A DNA stretch of 64,000 nucleotides, taken from sequence record OR067838.1; one strand, 5' to 3'. Both the position numbers and the translations under genes were made by a program. The DNA comes from Escherichia phage KKP 3954. The notes beneath the pieces were generated by a model, which worked only from the letters and a program-made list of their open reading frames with translations, did no database searches and was not told the origin of the DNA. Shown piece after piece: positions 28,819 to 39,305 of the stretch (position 1 is its first letter; each line of letters starts with the position of its first letter).

Positions 28819-29139
28819 CTACTGGAGAATACCTTGCATAGGGATTGGGTTTACCAATGTAGCATTAGGAGCATAATAATAACCGCTCAATACCCCATTC
28901 TGGAAATAACGCAGTTGGTTAAAAACCGTTTCATTTGTGCCTTGCGCCCAATCCAATGGACTTTTAAAGAAAAAGTTGTCAACAAGGGCTTTTCTCAGGG
29001 TTGGTATCAACCCTGATTCTGTTTCAATACTCTCTGTAGCACTTCCATTAATAACATCATGGAGTTGGTTAGACGAGAAAATAACCAGATCTACGCCCTG
29101 TTCAAGAGACGTTGCTGGATATGTTGGGAATGTTGCCAT
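28819..29139 (-). CDS. tailspike N-terminal domain (likely same gene as 26084..28801, separated by a -1 frame break)
   Basis: ATG with AAGGGG RBS; downstream ORF frame is open from 28862. Confidence 0.5.
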   Translation of the reverse strand: MATFPTYPATSLEQGVDLVIFSSNQLHDVINGSATESIETESGLIPTLRKALVDNFFFKSPLDWAQGTNETVFNQLRYFQNGVLSGYYYAPNATLVNPIPMQGILQ

Positions 29140-29142
29140 TAA

Positions 29143-29478
29143 TTACCCCTTATTCTGTATACGTTTAACTATGTCATCTAGCATCATTTGAATAGTAGCA
29201 TTCTTGAGGTCCATAATCTTTTCAATCTTTTGCTCAAGAGTGTTATTATTTGCCATTAATGTAGAGTTAATTTGATTTAGCATCTGGGTAAGTTCGGCTT
29301 TAGTTGCATAAGTTGATTCAACAAAGACCAACTTCTTCTCTAGCTCTCGACTTTTCTCCTCCATTTCCTCAAGATCAGAGCCGAATTTATCCATTTTTTG
29401 TTTGAAAAAGAACCAGATGACTCCGATTAAAGGGATGATTGCATCCTTTGCAAGTCCCCATGCTTCTTGAAATTCCAT
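29143..29478 (-). CDS. hypothetical protein with N-terminal TM helix and coiled coil
   Basis: ORF track; hydrophobic N-terminal segment IIPLIGVIWFFF. Confidence 0.45.
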   Translation of the reverse strand: MEFQEAWGLAKDAIIPLIGVIWFFFKQKMDKFGSDLEEMEEKSRELEKKLVFVESTYATKAELTQMLNQINSTLMANNNTLEQKIEKIMDLKNATIQMMLDDIVKRIQNKG

Positions 29479-29487
29479 AGTGATCCC

Positions 29488-30033
29488 TTATTCCGTCGGT
29501 AATGTAGGCCAATCTATAGCGTAAGGATAGTTTTTTTGAAGCGGAACACGGTTTAGTTTAACCACATAAACTTGAAGATTTTTAAGATAAGTTAATTCAT
29601 CTTCAGTAGCCATTTCTAAATCTTTAGCATATTGTAAAGGTGTTATAAGTGCTACCGCTGTTTCTTGTAAAGAGCGAATCTTTGCACTAGCTTGTGTCAT
29701 CAACTCTTCACGGGAATACTCTTTATCCTTAAGAGTTAAGGTTTCTAAATCCAAAACCTTGTTCCTAATATCCTCAAAAGTATCTATATTAAAGTCTACT
29801 TGTGCTATAGAAAGATCTTCAGGGCAAAGTAGTGTAGGATCAGTATTCCAAAACACAATACGATTTTGATCATCAAAAACGACTTTCATTTTGTCGTTAT
29901 TGAATTCTGTGCTACGTAAATCATACCAATCGTAACCTTGATCACAACGAAGGAAAAGAATGTTCTCTGCTTCTACCAATTCTTTTAGTTCAGGATCTTC
30001 AGGAATATACTTTTTAAAATTTGTAAATATCAT
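29488..30033 (-). CDS. hypothetical protein (tail fiber-associated)
   Basis: ORF track; position between fiber genes. Confidence 0.45.
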   Translation of the reverse strand: MIFTNFKKYIPEDPELKELVEAENILFLRCDQGYDWYDLRSTEFNNDKMKVVFDDQNRIVFWNTDPTLLCPEDLSIAQVDFNIDTFEDIRNKVLDLETLTLKDKEYSREELMTQASAKIRSLQETAVALITPLQYAKDLEMATEDELTYLKNLQVYVVKLNRVPLQKNYPYAIDWPTLPTE

Positions 30034-31095
30034 TTAGCCTCCAATATCATACCAGTTTCCGTTAACGTTGCGCTGGAGGCGTTTGAAGTAAACCCCACCA
30101 ATGTTATCCGCAGAACTACGACCTGTTTCCTGAACAATAATACCAGAAAGAACATAACCAGAAGAACAGATATAAGTCCAAGAAACTTCGTTCCCTGGTG
30201 GATAATACACACCTTGGCTAGTATAACGAATATCTCTTACAAAGGTTCCATTAGCATAGTTGTAGTTATTTGTAATCTGATTTTGATGATTACTTTCTAC
30301 ATTGTTTATACGGGAAGAGAGGTTGCTGTTAACACTATTCAGGTTGTTTTGAACAGTGTTAATATTCGTCTGCAATGTGTTCTGAAGAGAAGTCAAACGA
30401 GAATTCAGATAATCTAAGCGAACCAAGGCATTTCCGTTAGAAGTGTCTTGTCCATTGTTTGATCTTGGATTATCTATTAGAACATAACCTGCATCATATA
30501 AACGAACACCTGCGGCTACACTACCTGTGCTAGGATTTCTACGATAAATATAAAGCTGACCTCCACTTTGGTATTCGGCAGAAATCTCACCATTAGTCTG
30601 TCCTGCAAAGTTCTTGAAAAACAGGGTTGCAGGATCTGTTGTGGAAATACCATTAACATAAACATCACCACCATAAATAGCACCACCTGCATCACGTTTT
30701 ACCAACACATTTGGTGTTACTATTGAACTAGTAGCATCTGTAATGTTTGCCGATAAGTGATTATGACTGTTGTCTTGAACTTGGATAGATAAAGTAACTT
30801 CTTTATTACCATTCCAAGTAGCTTCACCAGTAGCATCACCTGCCATTGTAATCTTAGTTCCAACTAAAGGCAAGTAAGTATCAGGTAAAGTTGGAAGAAA
30901 GTCATCCACCAAATAGCGAATCCATAAACCGATATTATTAAGAATCCAGTTCATTTCTTCGCAAGTCATGATTTGACCATAATCCATACCAACTGTGCGG
31001 ATGGTTTCTTTAGGTCTAATTTTGTTTGTGTTTAAAGTTCCTGGGAGCGTTACAGTTTGTGTAGCCCAGTCAGGATAATATATTGGCTTCGCCAT
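30034..31095 (-). CDS. tail fiber protein (Asn-rich coiled-coil segment)
   Basis: ORF track; NNLNSVNSNLSSRINNVESN repeat typical of fiber shafts. Confidence 0.5.
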   Translation of the reverse strand: MAKPIYYPDWATQTVTLPGTLNTNKIRPKETIRTVGMDYGQIMTCEEMNWILNNIGLWIRYLVDDFLPTLPDTYLPLVGTKITMAGDATGEATWNGNKEVTLSIQVQDNSHNHLSANITDATSSIVTPNVLVKRDAGGAIYGGDVYVNGISTTDPATLFFKNFAGQTNGEISAEYQSGGQLYIYRRNPSTGSVAAGVRLYDAGYVLIDNPRSNNGQDTSNGNALVRLDYLNSRLTSLQNTLQTNINTVQNNLNSVNSNLSSRINNVESNHQNQITNNYNYANGTFVRDIRYTSQGVYYPPGNEVSWTYICSSGYVLSGIIVQETGRSSADNIGGVYFKRLQRNVNGNWYDIGG

Positions 31096-31104
31096 TTAAA
31101 CTCC

Positions 31105-31734
31105 TTAATCTATTTGCTTGAGAAGCGTATACATGCGTCCTGTTTCATCCCCAGTAGATTCCATGTATAGGGAACCTAAACCACCAATACCATGAGGCGG
31201 TTTGGTAGCATAATAAGAACTAAAACCAAAAGCTGATCCTGCTTTTGCTCCAAGACGGTAGCTACTAATAATAGGGAAAACACTTAGCAACTGTTCTAAA
31301 GCTTGATCAGATTGAAGACACAGGTTGTAGAAAAACACATCAAAGGTTTTATTCAAACCTACGTAAGTATTAAGCGTTTCACGCTCTGTTCCTGTGAAAC
31401 GGGCGAAGATATCAATTATGTCACCACGAGTCCCCGATGAGGCTACGCGGTAAGCCCTGATTTTTAATATTGTTCTATACTCTTCATCATCAGAGCCATT
31501 ACGTTCGATCCCCATTTCTTCTCCTAAGATATCTAGGTATTTGCCTGTGGCTGTGGAGATCAAGCGGTGTTTAGCAAGATAGATCATTGCCTGATCTATC
31601 TTTTGCTTTTCACTGGATACGATGTAGAGGAGCTTGACAATGTTAGGAGAAGATTTAAAATCTTCAATCAGAAGGTTTTTAACGTCTTCATTGATACTGG
31701 CCCAAGTTGTTACATGGTCAACACTCACTGCCAT
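31105..31734 (-). CDS. putative baseplate protein
   Basis: ORF track; gene order. Confidence 0.4.
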   Translation of the reverse strand: MAVSVDHVTTWASINEDVKNLLIEDFKSSPNIVKLLYIVSSEKQKIDQAMIYLAKHRLISTATGKYLDILGEEMGIERNGSDDEEYRTILKIRAYRVASSGTRGDIIDIFARFTGTERETLNTYVGLNKTFDVFFYNLCLQSDQALEQLLSVFPIISSYRLGAKAGSAFGFSSYYATKPPHGIGGLGSLYMESTGDETGRMYTLLKQID

Positions 31735-31736
31735 TT

Positions 31737-33224
31737 TTACACTCCATACTCGTAAGAAATGTTATCAAGGTCAAAAGAAGGGACAACATTATAAGCAGGA
31801 ACTATATTATTCTCTGTATATTTACTGTCATCCTCAGTATTAAGTTTAACATAAACACGAAGAGAAGTCAAGCGTCCAAAAGCAAGTGCTGCATAAATAA
31901 CACCTTTGATTTGATCGTTCGTTACTGAAGAACCTAATTCAAAGTAAGCTTGCAGGTTTTGTAAAGCTTCTACAATGTTTTGTTTTTCTGTTCCACTTAA
32001 AGTTGTTCCGTTGACAGTTTGATAAACAAGTTTTACGGAATACATAGCAGAGGCTCCAGGAGAGAAACGAATAATTTCTTGTCCTCCGTCTTCTGTTGTA
32101 ACTGTTATGTTCGTTGTTCCATGTGTCAAAGTGTTGATTGGTTTAGTTTTATAAATAACCTCGGCAACTTCTTCAGCACTTCCTCCATAAACTATAGTCT
32201 GGAAAGTCATAGCTGGAGCATGTTCTTGATCATGCAATGTAGGGTTATCATAAATCTTCACCTTGGTAACACCATCGGTAAGCAACAGTGCTTTCACAAT
32301 AGCTGCACGTGTCCCTGCATTAGCTTCGTCTACGTTGTCATTGAAACGAGAACGGAATTCTGCATCTGTCTCAACGTCTCGACCAGGAGAAAATGAATAG
32401 AAGTTACCACTATCAAGATAACCTGTGAAGGTAGAAGAGATACCTGTAATGGACTCTACACCCACCGGATTATATCCTTTCTCTGCTGCAACTACCGGAA
32501 TTTCACTCCATTTGGTTCCAACTGGAACACTAGCATAAAATTTGATAGGAGTTACTAGTCCCACTGGAGTATCATTGGTTAAAGAAGTAAAACCAATTGA
32601 CAAGTTACCAGAATCAGAAAATACAAGACTACGATCAGCCTCTGTTAAGTTTGCCTTGATAAAAGTTTCAAGATCGGCTATAAATGTAGAAGAACCAGGT
32701 GCAAGTGTTTTACTGTTTAGTCCTCCATCTATCGCACTTTGTGCATAAAAGGTAATATTTGGAACACCTGTAGCAGTTGCATTAGCACGAGAAATTTGAT
32801 AAGCTGCAATCTTAGCATTCAACATAGTTGGTGTGCTAACATAGTAGTTCATATCGCTATCAGAGTTGAAGTAAATATCTGTGCCTAACTCGTAAGTCCA
32901 AGCTGCTTTGTTATTACTTTTAACATATGCATAACCTGTGCTTGCTGCTGCCCCTGCTCGATAGAAACCACGTTTAGAAAAGATTTCGTCAAGATAAATA
33001 CCTTCTGCACCATCCAGTGTTTGAGTATTATAAACCCCTTGCATACCTTCCCACAATGTGTAATCTGTGTATGCAATTATTCTAAACAGTTGTCCGATCA
33101 CAGTATCTTCCGAAGTGGCTGCATCTGCACCAAATGTGTTTTTTACTGCTGTCATGTAGTTGTTTAAAACATCGTCAAAAGTCGGGATTACAAATCCCGC
33201 ATCTGTCAAACCATATTCGTCCAT
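31737..33224 (-). CDS. putative baseplate wedge (J-like) protein
   Basis: ORF track; size and position. Confidence 0.4.
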   Translation of the reverse strand: MDEYGLTDAGFVIPTFDDVLNNYMTAVKNTFGADAATSEDTVIGQLFRIIAYTDYTLWEGMQGVYNTQTLDGAEGIYLDEIFSKRGFYRAGAAASTGYAYVKSNNKAAWTYELGTDIYFNSDSDMNYYVSTPTMLNAKIAAYQISRANATATGVPNITFYAQSAIDGGLNSKTLAPGSSTFIADLETFIKANLTEADRSLVFSDSGNLSIGFTSLTNDTPVGLVTPIKFYASVPVGTKWSEIPVVAAEKGYNPVGVESITGISSTFTGYLDSGNFYSFSPGRDVETDAEFRSRFNDNVDEANAGTRAAIVKALLLTDGVTKVKIYDNPTLHDQEHAPAMTFQTIVYGGSAEEVAEVIYKTKPINTLTHGTTNITVTTEDGGQEIIRFSPGASAMYSVKLVYQTVNGTTLSGTEKQNIVEALQNLQAYFELGSSVTNDQIKGVIYAALAFGRLTSLRVYVKLNTEDDSKYTENNIVPAYNVVPSFDLDNISYEYGV

Positions 33225-33466
33225 TAGTCATCCTCTTTGGTAGATTGTGATCTGCCCCAACGTAAATCAATAAGATTTTTCATGAGGCGAGAAGGGGTTA
33301 TCATGAAAACAAAAGCCCAACCCATCCATTCAGGAATTTCTTTTTCTATTCCTAAAAAGATAAACATGCCTGTCATAACCGACATGCCTACAGCGTTCCA
33401 GACTTTAGTAGAACTGACTTTATTATCAGGATATATACAGAACATACCTATTAAAAATTTTCTCAT
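33224..33466 (-). CDS. small membrane protein (2 predicted TM helices)
   Basis: ORF track; hydrophobic. Confidence 0.4.
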   Translation of the reverse strand: MRKFLIGMFCIYPDNKVSSTKVWNAVGMSVMTGMFIFLGIEKEIPEWMGWAFVFMITPSRLMKNLIDLRWGRSQSTKEDD

Positions 33467-33768
33467 AGTGCGTTCTCATTACTTTTTAAATCACGAGATA
33501 CAGCTAATTCCCCAAGGTCTACAGAACCCGCTGAATGCACAAATACAGCAGCACTAAGACTAATGGCAGTAGTACCTGGGGCAATATCAGCAGGTAGGGA
33601 ATACGCCCTTTGCGTCTCCTTGTCATAGATAACCTTATACCCACCCAAATCCACACCAACTGAGAAATAAACAACTTCTGATTGCTTAACTCCGAAGTGA
33701 CGGGCTATAGCTTGCTTGTTAGTTTGTTTTGCTACCGAGCCTGTTGGCTGAGTAAACATTTCATTCAT
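33463..33768 (-). CDS. hypothetical protein
   Basis: ORF track. Confidence 0.45.
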   Translation of the reverse strand: MNEMFTQPTGSVAKQTNKQAIARHFGVKQSEVVYFSVGVDLGGYKVIYDKETQRAYSLPADIAPGTTAISLSAAVFVHSAGSVDLGELAVSRDLKSNENAL

Positions 33769-33820
33769 GGATTAATCCTCGTGTTTTAGTTTTAAATGCC
33801 CCGCCGAAGCGGGGTTTTGT

Positions 33821-36217
33821 TTAGTCGGTTATGCTTGATATCGCTGCATACTGGTTCACGGATACAGGAGTTGCGTCTATTCTAGTGTTTCTCGATGATG
33901 ACCTAACCATCAGAAACACCATAGCGCGTCCAGATCCGTCAACATACTTGAGTATCCCTGTTGTATTTGCGGATATTTGTTGTAGGAATATCTGTCCTTG
34001 CGTTGTCGATGTAATAACAGCCGGAGTAGACACCACGGCTGAACCGATTATAAATACACTTATTTTTCCGGATAATTGATACAAAAGCGCCGCAGTTCCA
34101 GAAAACGTACCGGATGCCAATGTAACATTTATATCCCCCGACAACCGGATATACGCGCTTGGTGATGCCGTTATTGTTACGGATGAAGCGTTTATACGAA
34201 ACCCTTTATAACTGGTTACGACTCTGGTAAGTGAGACAGACCCTGTTACATTTATAACGAAGTCGCCGCGAAAACCACCTTTTTGTCTAACGATGTTTAC
34301 AATTTCTATCGCCCGCTCCAGAGATGCTACAGCCCTACCAGAAACAAATCCGGAGTTCTCATCGTTACCAGTTGCAGGGTTAACAAAGATTTCTCTCGTG
34401 AAATCCATCCCTAAATAGTTTACAGCAGACCAGTTACCAATACTTCCATAATCAGTAATAGCAGGGCTTACATTCTCTACGCGCAATGGTGCATTAGTGA
34501 ATGTTCCACCAACCATCCCATTAGAGAACCCTCCGACTGGGGGCATACCACGAGCAATAACTTTACGCTCAGTACCATCTTGACCACAGAAGAAGAACCC
34601 ATAGGAAAGACAGGTATAGTTAATTTGCGACCAGTTATCCAAATCTATATAACTGTTAGCTATCACAAAATTGTGACGCATAATCATATTGCCGCCTACA
34701 TCTTCTACGTGCGGCTTTCGTAAGTGAATGTCTGTATCGTTAAATGCGAACGCCTGCCTCCACCATTCAACGACAGGTTCGTCGATAACAAAATCACGAA
34801 CTGTATCGCAAGTTATACCAGTATTCTGATTTTTTCCTTCAGCAGTCCATGCCGTTGCTGGATAGACTAATTCTGGATTGTCGGCGTTAGCACCAACTCG
34901 TGCAACATAAGGATTGGTTATACGTAGCCCGGCGTTTGCCTTATAAAGATGGATACCCTGACGCATAGCCAGCACTTTAGGGGAACGGAAATCAGCACCC
35001 CATGACCATCTAAAATACATTCCTAACATGGGTGCTGATACCAGATTACCGCCACGTTCTGTGATTCCTATACTGGTTTTTGTACCTTTACATCCAGGGG
35101 ACATTGAGAAGTTAAGACCTATCTTGACACCGCCAGAACATGCTACTGATAGGTCGAATAGGAATCCATCTGACATCGTGATATAACCGTTCACATCGGT
35201 AATATCGTTGTCAGGCGTGCCGATTAAAGCGCCAGTTTTCCTCACATAAGAAATACCTGACAACTCAAAAACAACTGGTTCTGTAGCAGCGGTGTTTAAA
35301 TCCGTCGGAGCATAATAAAAACCAACTGGTATTTGTCTGTTGAAATAGGTCTGCGCACCAACCTGATCGTAATGTACATGACGCATAAGCAGGAGCGGAA
35401 CAGCAGACTCTACACGAGAAGTAAACACCACATGAACTGGTTTAAGGCTATATTTATATGCCTCCAAAGCTGTAGCGTTGGCGTAAGATGATGCCATACC
35501 CGCTGTGATATAAGAGTTCAGAGCGTTGATTTTTTCTGTGCCTGTTCCGGCGAAATCATCAACGTAAAGCTCATTAATCAGTTTCGCATACAATCCATTC
35601 ACGATTGGCATCGGCGTGACTTCGGAAACAATCTCCCATCTGGATCCACCAGTTGACACTTTCTGACCCAGAATAAGAGTTGCATCAGCAGCCATAGCCT
35701 GGATATTACTAAAGCCGTGCACATAACGATCTCCACCCTCACTAGAGATGTTTTCTTTAAGAGATGCATCGCCAACACTAACCCACGCTCCTAATTTAAC
35801 CTCACCTGTGCTATCTGGAGTTGAACCAGTTGGAACTATTTTTGGTAGGTCACTATCCCAAGTGTAGCACTGACCACCTGCAATATACCAAACAGCATCA
35901 GTAGATGTGGATACAGTAGCCCCCTCTTCAAAACTACCATCAACAAGTGTTAACCCCGCTTCAGCAAGACTACGACGCCACTGTTCACGATCATTAAGAA
36001 GATTGTTATTCAACTCTTCCTGAACAGTATTACCATTTGAGGATTGTATTAAATCTGCTCCATCTGTATCTTTCAACTGGGTGGCTAAAACCACCCCAGT
36101 GTCAGTAAGAAAGTTGGAAACTGTGCTTTTAACAGTTTTATCAGGTTGATCTAAAACCAGGTAATCTGAACCATTAACTTTTGATGTTTCGGGTAAATTA
36201 GTAATTGTAGTTGACAT
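33821..36217 (-). CDS. tailspike/tail fiber protein
   Basis: 798 aa; GGAG RBS; Gly/Ser/Thr-rich body consistent with a beta-structure enzyme domain. Confidence 0.55.
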   Translation of the reverse strand: MSTTITNLPETSKVNGSDYLVLDQPDKTVKSTVSNFLTDTGVVLATQLKDTDGADLIQSSNGNTVQEELNNNLLNDREQWRRSLAEAGLTLVDGSFEEGATVSTSTDAVWYIAGGQCYTWDSDLPKIVPTGSTPDSTGEVKLGAWVSVGDASLKENISSEGGDRYVHGFSNIQAMAADATLILGQKVSTGGSRWEIVSEVTPMPIVNGLYAKLINELYVDDFAGTGTEKINALNSYITAGMASSYANATALEAYKYSLKPVHVVFTSRVESAVPLLLMRHVHYDQVGAQTYFNRQIPVGFYYAPTDLNTAATEPVVFELSGISYVRKTGALIGTPDNDITDVNGYITMSDGFLFDLSVACSGGVKIGLNFSMSPGCKGTKTSIGITERGGNLVSAPMLGMYFRWSWGADFRSPKVLAMRQGIHLYKANAGLRITNPYVARVGANADNPELVYPATAWTAEGKNQNTGITCDTVRDFVIDEPVVEWWRQAFAFNDTDIHLRKPHVEDVGGNMIMRHNFVIANSYIDLDNWSQINYTCLSYGFFFCGQDGTERKVIARGMPPVGGFSNGMVGGTFTNAPLRVENVSPAITDYGSIGNWSAVNYLGMDFTREIFVNPATGNDENSGFVSGRAVASLERAIEIVNIVRQKGGFRGDFVINVTGSVSLTRVVTSYKGFRINASSVTITASPSAYIRLSGDINVTLASGTFSGTAALLYQLSGKISVFIIGSAVVSTPAVITSTTQGQIFLQQISANTTGILKYVDGSGRAMVFLMVRSSSRNTRIDATPVSVNQYAAISSITD

Positions 36218-36225
36218 TTTTACTC

Positions 36226-38379
36226 CTATATATAAAATTTTTGTGTTGTTACTAAATCTTCTCCAGATTTAGTGGCTAATGTAATTCCACTTATGGTGGC
36301 AATCTCAACATTTACCTGTTTAAGAGTGATATCCTGTAAATAAACGTTCAAAGGCACGTTACCCATATAGAAAACTTGGGATTGAGAATTAACTACCGTG
36401 ATAGAATCATGCATTATTTGAGGATAGGCCCATATATATTGTGTAAGTCCGTCAAACTTATTGGCGTTCAACACTATGTTACCTATAATCATCTTCCAAA
36501 GATATGTGCGGTAGTTTGATTTAGGATCAAAGCCATACAAAGGTGCAAGAGTAGCATCTGGAACAAAACCTGAAAGGTAGTGAATATCAGAATATTCAAA
36601 ACCTAATTTTTCATGTGGTATAGTAATTGCATCAAATGCTTTCATCATCTTACCTTCCAGAAGCCAGTCATAACACTCTGAACAGTAAAAATCAAAAGCT
36701 TCAGGAATGTAGTAATCAGACGGGAAGTTAACTTTCTCCATCAAACCGTTGCCGATAATTGATGGCAAGAACGGAAGCAATGTTACCTTGGCTCCTGGGT
36801 AAGTTGCTCTAGTATCTGTTGCAAACTTTGTAACTCTTAATCCTAGTTTACGAGACAAAAATGCATAGTATTCGTCAAACGGCGTTCCTGTTTTATAATT
36901 ATCTATTGTTCCTGCATCTTGTGCAAATAAACCTGTTTCTGTGTTGAATGCCAGTTTGGTAGTGTAATCATATATGCAAGGCATTTTACTTGCTGTATTA
37001 TACCACCACCAAGGCTCACCAATTTGAATGACAACTGGAATATTATTAGCTTGCGAAATAGATGCTATTTTATTAATAACATTTTGCAAATATTCCATAC
37101 CTTCGTCAATAGTTGGAGACAATACGTAACTAGGAGGCTCATACCCTGTTGCTGCAAGAGCATCGTTCCAATCATGCTGGACCCATTCTACAGGACAAAC
37201 TGTGCTCATCAACTCAAAACTTAAAGAGTTCATTATTGTGTAACCCTTCTCGTTCGCTATAGCATGGAAACTATTTAGCCAAGCTTCTGTAGCGGGATTC
37301 AGGAAGACAGATCTATTTAAAGCCCAAGATGTTCCGTTCCATGAGAACTCATAATAGTGAGACATTCCATTGTAATGGTTAATCATTCCACGATAACCTA
37401 GCGCATATGTATTATAAATAACTCTCTCTGGAGTCAGGTTATACATATCATCATAAGATGTGCACATGCGAATATCATGTTCAGGCTGGACAAGGTTGCT
37501 GACTTTCATCATACTATAACCAGAAGTAGGTTCAAGAAGAGTGAAAGTAAACCAAGCCTCTTGACTGTCAATAGGTACAATCTCTTCTATTTCTTCATAC
37601 CTCGTTGTAATCAAAGAGAAGAAAATATCATCTACAGCACTCATATCCAAAGGAATATCATTATTAGGACCAGAGAAGATATTACCAAAATCTAATTTGA
37701 TTGTGGCTGTTTTACCATCTTCTGAAATATCTGAAGCGTAGAATCCTAAACTGACATAATGAACACTTTTATCCAAGAGAGTTACAGTCAAAGTCGGCAC
37801 CAAAGGTTCTTCTTTAAAACCTGGCATGTTTTGACTAATTTCCATTTTAAACCAAAGTTTCTCTGAACTTAAATCTGTGTGGGGTAAATACCCAACACCT
37901 TTATGGTCATATTTGTCAACTGTGCTCCAGATAACCCCTGCCAAACCTGCTGCTGTTCTGTTTACAAATCTTGCAGTAAAAGAGTCTCCATGAGATACAA
38001 TAGAACAACTTTCCGTTGCTTGAGAATCTATTGTCCAATACATAGGAGAGAACATTTTAACGTCTTTTGTAGTCCAAGTTATTGGAGTAGTATTTTCTTG
38101 GATCGTAGTTATAATACAATTGATGGTCGTTTCAACCATCATGTTATTTTGACTAATCCCTGAAACTTGGAGGGAGAAGTTAAGATCTATTGAGTTCTTT
38201 GGTCGTTCAAATACTTCAACCACAATGGTAGCAGAATCAGCATCATCAGGGAACACAAGTGTTCCCGATTTTGCAATATAATCTCTACCAGCGACTGCTG
38301 TTCCATCAACAGTCGTGTAGTTAAATGAACTCGCATTTACTCTCTTGTCTCGCGTGACAGTAAATATAGCTTGTTTCAT
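36226..38379 (-). CDS. tail fiber-associated protein
   Basis: 717 aa; AAGGGG RBS. Confidence 0.5.
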   Translation of the reverse strand: MKQAIFTVTRDKRVNASSFNYTTVDGTAVAGRDYIAKSGTLVFPDDADSATIVVEVFERPKNSIDLNFSLQVSGISQNNMMVETTINCIITTIQENTTPITWTTKDVKMFSPMYWTIDSQATESCSIVSHGDSFTARFVNRTAAGLAGVIWSTVDKYDHKGVGYLPHTDLSSEKLWFKMEISQNMPGFKEEPLVPTLTVTLLDKSVHYVSLGFYASDISEDGKTATIKLDFGNIFSGPNNDIPLDMSAVDDIFFSLITTRYEEIEEIVPIDSQEAWFTFTLLEPTSGYSMMKVSNLVQPEHDIRMCTSYDDMYNLTPERVIYNTYALGYRGMINHYNGMSHYYEFSWNGTSWALNRSVFLNPATEAWLNSFHAIANEKGYTIMNSLSFELMSTVCPVEWVQHDWNDALAATGYEPPSYVLSPTIDEGMEYLQNVINKIASISQANNIPVVIQIGEPWWWYNTASKMPCIYDYTTKLAFNTETGLFAQDAGTIDNYKTGTPFDEYYAFLSRKLGLRVTKFATDTRATYPGAKVTLLPFLPSIIGNGLMEKVNFPSDYYIPEAFDFYCSECYDWLLEGKMMKAFDAITIPHEKLGFEYSDIHYLSGFVPDATLAPLYGFDPKSNYRTYLWKMIIGNIVLNANKFDGLTQYIWAYPQIMHDSITVVNSQSQVFYMGNVPLNVYLQDITLKQVNVEIATISGITLATKSGEDLVTTQKFYI

Positions 38380-38387
38380 TTTACCCC

Positions 38388-39305
38388 TTACTCGGTAACG
38401 TCCACACTAATGTTTGCCATTGTCAAAACAGTAAGTGCAGGAATATTGCTCGAATCCAAAACAGGTAATGCATTTTGGGGATTAAGTTTTTTGTATAAAG
38501 CATACAACCCAAAACCACGTAACAACTCTCCAGCGTGGAAGCCAAAGAAGACTCCGTTATCACTATCTGGTCTAGGAGCGGAACTCCAACAGCCATTCAT
38601 AACATGATTAGGACCAAGAACAATATAATTTTCCTGAATAAGTTCAAAACAGCGGTCTGCTACTATTTTAATGTTAGGAATTTCTGAATCATACCCAGCC
38701 ATCCCCATTATAGCACATCCTGCCATAAAGAGCGCAGACATGTGACTTGTAAAGTCATCTACAGGTGCTGCCACTTCTCCGTTGGGATAAAATATTGTTG
38801 GTGTTCTTCCTTCGTTGTTGTCTTGGAACCACTTTAGATAGTTGATCCAGTTTTTACAAACTGTTAAAAGTTTTTCAGGAACTTCTGCCCCTCGTTGTTT
38901 CAGTTCGTATACTGTATGACACGCACAGAAGAATGCTCGTGCTTCATAACCATCCCAAGCTTTATCGTTCCAATGATACATTGTGAACTCATTCTTGTTT
39001 CCGTATTTATGAGCATCCCAACGATCCCAAACATAAGCTTGTGCCATTGGTCCAGGCATCACAGGGGCAAACTTATTATAAAACCACATTTGTGAATCAT
39101 ATAAAAAGTCTATACTGTTGTTCATACGAACCCAATCAATATCTCTCCCTTTAAAACAATATAAGGATGGGTATTGATAACCTGGGTAAGGAATACCACG
39201 CCAACCGTCATATAAGGCTGTGTTAGGATCACTGATATTGGAAAATGGAATGATTCCTGGAGTATAATTCAAACTGTTAAGTTTGTAGTCCAGTATTGTA
39301 TACAA
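38388..39305 (-). CDS. hypothetical protein (TTG start, no RBS; frame open upstream into 39269..41266)
   Basis: ORF track; 37-nt overlap with upstream gene. Confidence 0.45.
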   Translation of the reverse strand: MYTILDYKLNSLNYTPGIIPFSNISDPNTALYDGWRGIPYPGYQYPSLYCFKGRDIDWVRMNNSIDFLYDSQMWFYNKFAPVMPGPMAQAYVWDRWDAHKYGNKNEFTMYHWNDKAWDGYEARAFFCACHTVYELKQRGAEVPEKLLTVCKNWINYLKWFQDNNEGRTPTIFYPNGEVAAPVDDFTSHMSALFMAGCAIMGMAGYDSEIPNIKIVADRCFELIQENYIVLGPNHVMNGCWSSAPRPDSDNGVFFGFHAGELLRGFGLYALYKKLNPQNALPVLDSSNIPALTVLTMANISVDVTE

